From assembly GCF_009914755.1 (NCBI RefSeq), contig NC_060926.1: a DNA stretch of 64,000 nucleotides; one strand, given 5' to 3'. Source of the DNA: the human T2T-CHM13v2.0 reference genome, Homo sapiens. The position numbers and the translations under genes were made by a program. Below are positions 13,636 through 24,869 of the stretch, piece by piece (position 1 is the first letter of the stretch; every line of letters starts with the position of its first letter). The notes below the pieces were generated by a model that saw only the letters and a list, made by a program, of their open reading frames with translations, was not told the origin of the DNA and did not search any database.

Positions 13636-16066
13636 TAGAGTCAACTGTTAATTCATATGACTATTTTTTAAATTGGATCATTAGCTTTTGTCATCTCAAT
13701 ATATTTAATTGTGTGCATGTTAGCATAGAAATGGCAAAGGTAAAGAAGGAAAAGAAGTAAAACTTTATTGCTTTGGGACATTGCTGCTAATCACTAATTT
13801 CATGTTTACAATTACAGATCTCTGCTACATTCTCGCAGACATGGTCTGCATTTGAAATAAGGATGCTGCAGTTAGATCTATTTGGAATTACTTTTACTAA
13901 AAGTTTGATATTTGGTTCTAGAAATGGGGGTGAAGAGACAAAGGGCTAAGTCTAGACAAACTGCTTCTGTTTAATGCCATGTTCAGGGTGCTGACCTTTT
14001 TTCTCTCTTGGTGTCTCTGCTGTCTTTGGATCTCTCTCTCTCACTCAGTCTCTGTCCAAGTCTCTCTTGTTTTCTTTCTGCGTTTTCCTTTTTTTATGTC
14101 TGAATCTCTCGGTCTCTGATTTTCTTTTTTTCTCTCCATTCCCTTTATTTTTTGCCCTTCTCTCTTGACTTCTTAATACGCAGAAGTCACACAAATTCAA
14201 TAGCTGCAGCTCGGCCCCTAAATTGTAACTTTCAATATTTTATTAGGAAACGAAATTGAGAGCTGCCTAATGATCCCAGGAGAAGACTCTCCCAATTTAA
14301 CATAACCTCTAAACAACATTTGAGAGGCAATTTTGTAGGGCCACCGTGGAACGGGTATTGCAAAGCCACCGGTGCAGGGGTAGTTGAAAGTAATATGCAT
14401 TTTAGTTCCTCCTCTTTGCTTTTAGCACAGCCATGGGGTCCTGCAGACATTTGCTCCCGGTACTGCTGGCTTCTCACTTTCATTTTATTAAAAAACTAAC
14501 AAGGAGCATTAAGCAGCTCCCTGTTTAATTTCCCATAGAAAAGCAATAGTTTCAAGCAGCCCACTGGTGGTGTGATATTTAAATGCAAAATGCACAGCTG
14601 TGCCAAATGCATGCGCCAGAGCAAAAAGGGTTTCTTAATATGACAGGTTAATATCATGGATTTTTATTTCATTTTCCACTGAAACGGCTAATCAGAGAGA
14701 ATTGGACTTTTGGAAGCAGAGGTGAAACTGGGTAGTTAAGAGACAAAGGACATAGCCTGTCAACCTTGTATGGGTTTAATATCATGCTGGTGAAGTGCTG
14801 CAGAACTAACCAAAAGTTACCCCACTGGGGAAATTTGCACTGACCTGCCACACTTATCTAGGGCATCTAGAAGCTTCCAACATAAGATGCTAAGCGAGCC
14901 ATGGTTCCACCAGCTATGTACTCAGGTCCTGCCTCTTTTCTACCTAATAAAAACATAATTATTAGATATTAGGCAAAAACTAGAAGAGATAATACAAAGG
15001 AAATCTTTTAGACTTCCTCTAAATTTAAATACTTGGTTTCCCTTTGGCTCTGGGTAAACAGATACATAGTAATGTAAATAATTATAGGAAGAAGAATACC
15101 CTACGCACAGATTTCATGAAAGCTATTCAAACCAGGTGGCATATCACATGGCCATGTCAGCCCAGCCAAATTTTATAGGTCAACAATTCTTAATTACATT
15201 GTTAATAGACATAGCTCTTAAGCTCATCCTGCTCCTTTTAGGCCAGGTTTCCATAATGACCTTTCATTTTATTTAGTTCATAGCATACTCATCCTTGTGA
15301 AAAGCCAGATCATGAATCATCATGCTTTCTGATAGGACATTTGGCAAAACCTCTCAATGGTCTTTGAGATCTTAGGTAAAAGTTGTAATTAAGATGTTCA
15401 TACAAGTTAGGCCTCTTTTTCCTCTTAAAGACCAAGGCTTTGTCAAGAGATAAGTTCCAAAAAAGAAAAGAAAGAACAAAGTAACTTTTAATATCAAAAT
15501 AAATATTGAAGAGTGTGCCCTGAATTGTCTATTTTAGAATTTTTCCATTCATTTGACATGAAAGTTTGCTTGGCGGCTGGCTTTTCTGACGTCAATATTT
15601 GAGTTCTAGCATTCAGTTTTTAAAGTTCAGACCCATTGCTGTCTAGGTGTCATTAGAATATAACTAAGAAATTTTGACAGATATATTTTAGTTTTTACAT
15701 AGTAAAAGAAGGGCCTACGGGATTCAGGTGTAAAAGATGTCTCGATCCACAAATCTGGAGAAAGCAGGGTGCCAGAAAGATCCAAAGCAGTAGATAGAAT
15801 GCCACAGAGTAAAGAAAGATAAATTTTCCAATACTTTGTTTACTCATAGCTTAAGGAATACTTCCCTTGCTTTCAAATTAAATCATTTCTGCTCTTCTTC
15901 CCTAGACAAGCATCATGAAGGAACTATCTGAGAATCTGAGTGATGTCTTCAACAATAAATTGAAAACAGCCATTTACAAATGACTTCTTTCATACAAGTC
16001 CTGCTTCTCTTAGCTAAGTCATTCAGAGGTTAGCTTTCTAGGATGGTAATGACAGCAAAAATGAAC

Positions 16067-16122
16067 GGAAGGAAGGAAGGAAGGAAGGAAGGAAGGAAGG
16101 AAGGAAGGAAGGAAGGAAGGAA
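16067..16122 (+). repeat. (GGAA)14 microsatellite
   Basis: Perfect GGAA run, 56 bp. Confidence 0.97.
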
Positions 16123-16745
16123 AACATATCTGTAGAAATAAACTGTTAAAGGATTGAACAAAGGGGAAAGGGAGAAAGCCTATTATATTTCCAGGGGAGG
16201 TGGATCACTGTAATTTCTCCAAGTAGAAACCTGACATATGAATGACCCTAAAGAGATGTTTCCATTTATTTTGATTAAATGGTGCTAAGTATGCATGATG
16301 TAGCACCTGAACACCTAGCCCAGAACATATGTGAATAACAATACTTGCTGTGATTTGGTGTCTACTTCATGCCTAGTATCATACTAAGTGCTTTGTAAAA
16401 TATAAACATCAAAATCTTTTTACTGTTTGAGATCTCAGGTCAGCAATGAGAACAGAGGGAGAATGATATTCAGATGTCAAGCCTTATATCTAAAATGTGG
16501 TTACAGCCAAGTTAAAGCTCTTTCTATTTCAGCCTTTTTCTGTCACAGGCTTTTCTACTGTTCCTTTGTTACTGAGTGTTCTTCCATCCTGTCATCCCCC
16601 AAAACATAATCTGAACACTGATGAAATAGTCCTTGGTTCAACTGCAGATAGCACAGTTGATAATTCATTTAAGTTCTCAGTGTAAAATAACAATTTACAA
16701 GTAAATATGCTCCATTTTCCTCCTTTTTATCAGTGACTGAAACAG

Positions 16746-18731
16746 GCTGGCCTTCGAGTGACAGTGATGCAATAAGGGGGGGCTCCCACCCATGGGAATC
16801 ACCCTCGACTCTGGAGTAAAAGTCCCTGGCAATTTCCAACTGATGGAAAAACTCAAAGGCCAGAAAGGAGTAGGAGATGGCACAGTTAGCTGCGGTCCAG
16901 TAGATGATGAAGACATAACACTTACAAGATGGCTATAAATGTCAATGTCTTAAATTCACTGTGCCTCCTATAAAAAAAAATTAGCCTGATTATGTTAAAA
17001 AGCTTGCCAATGTTATATTCTTTTTTTATTTTACCAGCTTCAGTTTATATACTCAAACCTCCTCTGATGCTGTTTTATTCCTCTAAATGACAATTTAGGA
17101 AAACTGAATACACAGCCTTAAAATAGAAGGTGAAGCTATAGACTCAGAAGCAGCCCCCATTATAAGACTTGTAAAAAAGTGAATATGAATGGAGCTAATT
17201 GTTCTAATTGAGTTGTGGACCCTAGAGCCAAATAGTGCTAGCAAAAGGACAGAATTCACATAGCTTCAAAGTTGTCCTGCAAGAGCTTTGGTGGCTAATG
17301 ACATCTAAAGAAAATATAAAACTTGCTCAGATGCCTGAAGGACAATGTTCCAGCAATTAATCCAAAAGAAAAGCCACAGGCCCTTCCCCTTCCCCCTTAC
17401 TCCACTTAAGCAGCCTTCATTTTCCACCGTAGTGGATTTTCTAGATACATCCTTAGACCTCAAAGTGCTGGAAAGGAAGCTTCTATTCAAACAAATTTAT
17501 ACTGAGATACCATAAATGATACTAATTTTTTGTCCATTTGAAATATGTAAGTTGTGTTGTAACAAATTATCCTGTCAAGTGTAATCAACCATCCATGTAG
17601 TTGAGCTTCTGGGATCAAGAAAGTATATTTAAATTGATTCCTATCATTACTAGTGGGGCACGTCTAATTCAAATGTAAAAAGACACATCACACAATCAAC
17701 TTGCTGCTGATGACAAGGCCTGGGGTCCCGGCCTTCTCCCCCTATTCCTCTGCCTGCTTCCCACCGTACCTACAGCAGCCCTCTAGCCTGGGGGCGCTTG
17801 TTAGAGTAGATGGGAAAGTTTCAAGTTTGCAGCCTGTGGGATTACTGCTTGGTGTATGGAGCACTTTGTCTGTACCCTTGGTTTCTTTCTTTAGGTCTTA
17901 AATGATGGCAGAAACATAGATTATACCTCCTCTGCTCCCCTCAGAGATTGGCTTTTGGTGAGGAATTCAGGGCTTTCCCTACATCTTTTCTCCCCACCTT
18001 TATGGAGACGTGCTGCTTTTTCCTCCCTCTCCCTCAAGTCCTTTTTAGCACTGTCACTACCCAACACTTTCCATTTCATTTCCTTGCTTTGGCCAGAAGC
18101 CATCAGGTAAGGTTGGAAAGAGACTGTGACCTCCTTCTTTTAGTTTTAAAACTACATTTATTCACTCTTCACCAGCCTGGGAAACGAATATTAGGTTCTC
18201 AGCCCTGCCACCCTTTGCTGTCATCACCAACTGATACAATTTTTAGCTCAAGTTTTGATAAGGTTAAAAGAACAATCAACCAGGGTTACTCAGACCTGCC
18301 AGCTCTCAGAGTCCTTGGTGGTTAAACTTGGAGAAAGGCCACATGAAGACACTTGTAAGCACACATTATCTCCCCAAATTACTTTCTTTTCCTGACATTG
18401 TTTTTGCTTTTAAAAGTTGAAGAAGTTTTAAGCAGACCTCTCATTTGGTTGTCCTTGCAATCTATTGGGGTCTAGTTTGGAATTTGAAAACTGGAACAAA
18501 AAAACCTTGAATTCAGTGCATATTTGGTTTCGGTGCTGCTGCTTCTCAAGATTCTCAGCAGGGATTGAGGAAGAATTCAGTGTACACAGCAGACGTCTGA
18601 AATTGGCGGGCTTGACTTCCTGGCAAATTGCTGCATTTTTCCACTTTCTGTTCAGGACTCCTAAATGCTGAAATGTGGATGCATACCAAAATAAATGCAA
18701 TTCTTTATGTGAAATAAAATAAGTAAATAAA
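16746..18731 (+). pseudogene. Processed pseudogene of UBE2V1 (UEV1A ubiquitin-conjugating enzyme variant)
   Basis: From ATG 16792 it reads [47 protein letters not shown], then ...[29 protein letters not shown] (TAA 17358-17360), matching recalled UBE2V1 (GVKVPRNFRLL...PEGQCYSN). It has in-frame stops and frameshifts, lacks the parental introns, and has a long 3' UTR, AATAAA at 18690-18695, an A-rich tail and a possible TSD TGAAACAG (16738-16745, 18732-18739). Confidence 0.92.
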
Positions 18732-18896
18732 TGAAACAGAGTGGTGGTGCTGATTCACATGCCTAAAACCTTTATTTATTTATTTTTCCAGCTGGAGACC
18801 CACATCAATAACATTTCCAAAACTCAACTTGTGTCTTTAAATTTAAAAAGCTAGAAAATAAAGTTTATCTGATCCACTTGTATTACAAATGGCTCC

Positions 18897-21800
18897 AGCA
18901 AGAAGTGACATCAGCAAGATGGTAAAGTGGGAAGCCCTGGAACCTCCTTGTCTCCACAGACACATCAATTCAGCAACAATTTATGGTCAAATTCCCTTTT
19001 TGAGAAATCAGAAACTAATTGAAAGGCTCTTGTGCCCTGGGAAAATATAACACCAGAATCACTGAAACCCATAGGGAGATTTAGGACACCCTCTTGCCAG
19101 AGACTCTGCCCCCAGACAGAGTTACACAATCAGGAAGAGCCCCTCAAGTTCCCAGATTCACCCAGCAAAGGGGGTATTGCTTCTTGTGTCTGGCATCCCA
19201 ACTTTTCCATGGGGACTCCTCAGAGAACTGGCTTCTGTCTTGCCAGTCTTGAAGCTCTGATAGTGAGAGGTGACAGCGTGCTGGCAGTCCTCGCAGCCCT
19301 CGCTCGCTCTCGGAGCCTCTTCTGCCTGGACTCCCATTTTGGCGGCACTTGAGAAGCCCTTCAGCCCGCCGCTGCACTGTGGGAGCCCCTTTCTGGGCTG
19401 GCCAAGGCCGGAGCTGGCTCCCTCAGCTTGCAGGGAGGTGAGGAGGGAGAGGCGCCAGCGGGAACCGGGGCTGCACCTGGCGCTTGCGTGCCAGCTGGAG
19501 TTCCGGGTGGGCGTGGGCTTGGCGGGCCCCGCACTCGGAGCGGGCGGCCGGCCCTGCCGGCCTGGGCAATGAGGGACTTAGCACCTGGGCCAGTGGCTGC
19601 GGAGGGTGGGCTGGGTCCCCCAGCAGTGCTGGTCCACCTGCACTGCGCTCGATTTCTCACCGGGCCTTAGCTGCCTTCCCGCGGGGCAGGGCTCGGGATC
19701 TGCAGCCGGCCATGCCTGAGCCTCCCCCGCCCTCCGTGGGCTTCTGTGCGGCCCGAGCCTCCCCGAGGAGCGCCGCCCCCTGCTCCATGGTGCCCAGTCC
19801 CATCTACCACCCAAAGGCTGAGGAGTGTGGGCGCACTGTGTGGGACTGGCAGGCAGCTCCACCTACGGCCCAGGTGTGGGATTCACTGGGTGAAGCCAGC
19901 TGGGCTCCTGAGTCTGGTGGGGACTTGGAGAACCTTTATGTCTAGCTAGGGGATGGTAAATACACCAATCACACTCTGTATCCAGCTCAATGTTTGTGAA
20001 TGCACCAATTGACACTCTGTATCTAGCTACTCTGGTGGGGACTGGGAGAACCTTTGTGTGGACGCTCCCTATCTAGCTAATCTAGTGGGGATGTGGAGAA
20101 CCTTTGTGTCCAGCTCAGGGATTGTAAACGCACCAATCAGCGCCCTGTCAAAACAGACCACTCGGCTCTCTGTAAAATGGACCAATCAGCAGGATGTGGG
20201 TGGAGCCAGATAAGAGAATAAAAGCAGGCTGCCTTAGCCAGCAGTGGCAAACCACTGGGGTTCCCTACAGCACTGTGGAAGCTTTGTTCTTTCACTCTTT
20301 GCAATAAATCTTGCTGCTGCTCACTCTTTGGGTCCACACTGCCTTTAAGAACTGTAACACTCACCGCAAAGGTCCGCAGCTTCACTCCTGAAGCCAGCGA
20401 GACCACGAACCCACTGGGAGGAAGGAACAACTCCGGATGCGCCGCCTTAAGAGCTATAACACTCACCACGAAGGTCCACAGCTTCACTCCTGAGCCAGCG
20501 AGACCACGAACCCACCAGAAGGAAGAAACTCCGAACACATCCAAACATCAGAAGGAACAAACTCCGGACACGCCGCCTTCTTTAAGAACGGTAACACTCA
20601 CCGGGAGGGTCCCGGGCTTCATTCTTGAAGTCATTGAGACCAAGAACCCACCAATTCCGGACACAATAGCTCTGGACCAGTCTAGCTGCCTGGGGCAGAA
20701 TGGGGGAGATGGTTTGATCTACTAGATCCAATTGATCCTCTCTCCTGCTTGGCACAGAGTGAGCAGATGAAAAATTCTAGCTCTCAGCTTCCCCTTATGG
20801 AGGGAAAGAGTTTATCCATGTGTTCAGTGGGTCAGCTTCTCTGGGCCTTTTTTTAAAAAAACTACTGTCTGTCTCACCAACGTTGAAGCTCTAACGTATG
20901 GAAGGTCTGATGGGTTCAACATGGTCTAGCCCACCTGGAGGAGAATGGAGATGGAAGCTCAGCCTTTAGACACTATAGCCCTCCCTCATCCCCACCTGCC
21001 AGCTCACTGTGAGCAGATGAAAACTATAGCTTCCTGCTTCTCTCTAGGGTAGGAAAAGAGTTGGTAGAGATCCCCAGAATCTCTGGGCAGGCTGAGTGTT
21101 GTGGGGGGCCCATCTCCTACGCATGGCCAGTCTGTAAAGAATACAAGTGGTTGCTTTATCTAATGTACAAACAATAACACAAAGAGTAAAAAAAGAAGGA
21201 TCAAGCAAAAGTGTTTCAAAGTAACAAGATAAATCTCAAGAAAACAACTCTAATGAAATGGAGCTACGTGACTTACCTGGCAGATAATTAAAAATAATTC
21301 TCATAAAGATACTCACCAAGGACAAGAGAACAATGCATGGACAAGAAAGAATTTTAACAAAGATATAGACCATATAAAATATACCAAATGAAAATTATGT
21401 GACAGAAAAACAAAATAACTGAACTGAAAAATTCACTAGAGGAGTGCAACAACTTACTGACAGAGCAGAAGAAAGGATCAGTGAACTCAAGGATAGGTCA
21501 CTGGAAATGATTCAGTCAGAAGAGTGAAAGGAAAAAAGAATGTAAAAGAGTGAAGAAACCTTAAAAACTTATGAGACCCATCAAATAGCTGAATATAAAC
21601 ATATTGGAAATCCTAGAAGAGAAAGAGAAAGAACCAAAAACTTATTCAGAGAAATAATAACTGAAAACTTCCCAAATCTGAGAAAGAACACATACATCTA
21701 TTCTAAGAAGTTCAAAGGATATCATATAAGATAAACCCAAAGAAATCCACACCAAGACACATTATAATCAAGTTATCAAGTGTCAAAAACAGAGAATTTT

Positions 21801-24800
21801 TAAGGCACGAGAAAATTGTAACTTGTCTCATTTAAGGGAACCCTATCAGTAGATTTTCATTCAGTAAGACTGCAGTCCAGAAGAGAGTAGGATGATGTAT
21901 TCGAAGTATTAAAAGAGAAAAATTCCAACGAAAAATTTTTCATTTGGTGAAACTGTCCTTCAAACGTGAAAAGAGGTAAAGACTATTCCAGATTAAAACT
22001 GAAGATGTTTTTCACCACTAGACCTGCTTTACAAGAAGAGCTAAAAGGAATTCTTTAAATTGAAGCAAAAGGACATTAACAGCAACACAATAACATACCA
22101 AAAGCACAGGCAACAAAAACAAAAAATAAAAAGTAGAACTAAATCAAACTATAGCATTCTGTATGGCAAAGGGAAAATGTATATGATTTAGTCTTGGCAA
22201 ATGACATATTCCTAGGATTTATCTGTTTCTTATGAAATAAAAAGAATTGAATAGACCTATAACCAATATGAAGATTGAATCAGTAATCAAAAACCTCCCA
22301 ACAAATAAAAGCCCGGGAACAGAGGGATTCACTGCTGAATTCCACCAAACATTTTAAGAATTAATGTCAATCCTCAAACTCTTCCAAAAAGTCAAAGAGG
22401 AGAGATTACATCCAAACTCATTTTTTTGAGGCCAGCATTACCCTGATACCAAAGCCAGATTAAAAACACCATGAAAAAAAAAAAACCTACAGGCCAATAT
22501 CTAGAATGAATATGAACATAAAAATCCTCAAAAAAATACAAGCAAACTGAATTCCAACAGCACATTAAAAGGATCATACACCGTGACCAAGGGGAATTTG
22601 TCCCTGGGATACAAGGATGGTTAGCCATATAAAAGTCAACTGATGTGATTTAACCGCATTAGCAGGATAAAAGCTAATCACATGATCATCTGCCTTTCAG
22701 ATGCATAAAAAGTATATGAGAAAATTTATTGCCATTTCATTATAAAACCTCTCAAGAAACTAGAAATAGATGGAATATATCTCAACACAATAAGACTGTT
22801 TGTGAAAAGCCCACAGCTAAAATCATACTCAATGGTGCAAAACTAAAGGCTTTTCCTTTAAAATCAGAAGCAAAGTAAGGATGTCCACTCTCTCAACTTC
22901 TATTCAATGTACTGCTGAAAGCTTACCCAGATCAATTAGCCAAGAAAAATAAAATCCATGCAAATCAGAATGGAATAAATTAAATTTTCTCTGTTTGCCA
23001 ACAACATGATCTTTTATACAGAAAACCCAGAAGACTACACACACACACACAAATTATTTGAACTAACAAATTAAGTAAAGTTGCAGGTTACAAAATCAAC
23101 ATACAAAAATTAGTTGTGTTTCTATATGCTGACAACTATCTAAAATGAAAATTAGAAAAACTAACCTATTAATGATAGCACTAAAAAATAAAATACCTAG
23201 AAATAATCTTAGCTAAGGAGGTGAAAATTTTGTATAACAGAAACTACAAAACATTGATAATAGAAATTAAATGAGACACAAACAAATGAAAAAGCAGCTC
23301 ATATTCATACATTAGAAGAATTAATATTGTTAAAATGTCCATAGCACTGGAAGTAATCTGCCTACTCAATGTAATTCCTACTAAAATTGCCATGGAATTT
23401 TTTTTTCACAGTAGTAGACAAAACACTTCTAAAATTTGTATGAAACCACAAAAGACAATGAATAGCCAAAGCATTCTGACAAAGAGGAAAGCCTGAAGTG
23501 TCACACTTTCTGATTTCAAAGTATATTACAAAGCTCTACTAATCAAAATAGCATGGTACTGACATAGACATATGAACCAATGGCACAGAACAGAGAAGTC
23601 AGAAGTAAATCCATGTATATAAGGATCTTTGACAGTGGTGCCACGTGTACACAATAGGGAAAGGATAGTCTCTTCAATAAATGGTGTTGGGAAAACTGGA
23701 TATCAACAAGAAAAAGAAGAAACTTGGACCTTTATCTTACACCATACAGAAAAATCAACTCAAAATTGATTGAAGACTTAAATGTAAGATACAAAACAAT
23801 AAAACTCCTAGAAGAAAACATAGGAGAAAATTTTCATGACATTGGTTTGGCAGTGGTTTCATGAATTTGACACCAGAAGCTCAGGCAACAAAAACAAAAA
23901 TTAAAAAGCAGGACTAAATCAAACTATAATCTTCTTCACGGCAAAGGAAAAATTCAATGCAGTGAAAAGCCAACCTAGGAAATGAGAGAAAATATTTTAA
24001 AGTAACATATTTGATGAGGCTTTAATCTCTAAAATATACAAGGAACTCATCTAAAAATCATAAAAACAACTAATAACTAATATGATAATGGGTTAAGAAC
24101 TTAAACAGACATTTATTTAAAGAAAACATGCAAATGCCACACCTGTAAATTTAGCTTTCATTACAAAAAAAAATCAAAAACAACAGACAATCAGTGTAGA
24201 TGAGGATGTGGAGAAATTGAAATCCTTGCACACGGTTGGGAGGCAAAATAGTGCAGCTGCTATGGAAAATAGTATAGACATTCTTCAAAAAATTAAAAAC
24301 AGAACCTACTTATGATCCAGATATTCTACTTTTGGATATTTATTCAAGAATATTGAAATCAGGATTCCAAAGAAATATTAGCACTCCTATGTTCATTGCA
24401 GTACTATATATAATATAACAGTCAATATATGAAAACAACTTAAATGCCCATTGACAGATAAATAAAAGCTGGTATACACATGCTATAGAATACTATTCAG
24501 CCCTAAAAAATAAGGGAATTCTGCAATATATGACAACATGGATGAAACTTGAGAATGTTAGGCTAAGTGAAATAAGCTCATCATAGAAAGACAAATACCG
24601 CATGATTCTACTTACATGAGGTATCTAAAAAAGGCAAATTCAGAGAATCAAAGAGCGGAATAATGATTTCCTAGGGTTGAAGGGAGGAAGAAATGGGGAG
24701 CTACTGAACAATAGGCATAAAATTTCAGTCAACCAAGATAAATGAGCTCTAGAGATCTGCTGTAAAACACTCTACCTTGGTCAACAATAATGTATTTTAT

Positions 24801-24869
24801 ACTTAAACATTTTGTTAAGAAGGTAAATCTAATATTAAGTGTTCTTACCACAATAAAACACAATTTTTA
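18897..24869 (+). mobile_element. End-to-end old L1 (L1MA10/L1MB1-like), internally deleted and interrupted by LTR12C
   Basis: 5' UTR start AAGTGACATCAGCAAGATGG; ORF1 remnants ~21100-22080; ORF2 RT/C-terminal remnants 22240-24620; 3' end ...GTTCTTACCACAATAAAA; TSD AAATGGCTCC at 18887-18896 and 24870-24879. Confidence 0.88.
19264..20665 (+). mobile_element. LTR12C (ERV9) solo LTR
   Basis: TGAGAGGTGACAGCGTGCTGGCAG...CCAATTCCGGACACA; CpG-rich U3; repeated CCAAT units; TSD ATAG at 19260-19263 and 20666-20669. Confidence 0.96.

Noticed and set aside
16792-17360. Functional UBE2V1 retrogene
   Set aside because: An insert, in-frame stops and frameshifts destroy the ORF.
17701-18700. ORFs of 60-125 aa on both strands
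   Set aside because: They fall within the retrocopied UBE2V1 3' UTR and are chance frames.
19032-20544. Cluster of overlapping GC-rich ORFs up to 153 aa that looks like a CpG-island gene
   Set aside because: They lie in LTR12C and the L1 5' UTR; high GC explains the scarcity of stop codons.
19920-20620. Regularly spaced repeats superficially like a CRISPR array
   Set aside because: These are the known U3/U5 tandem subrepeats of LTR12, in a eukaryotic context with no unique spacers or cas genes.
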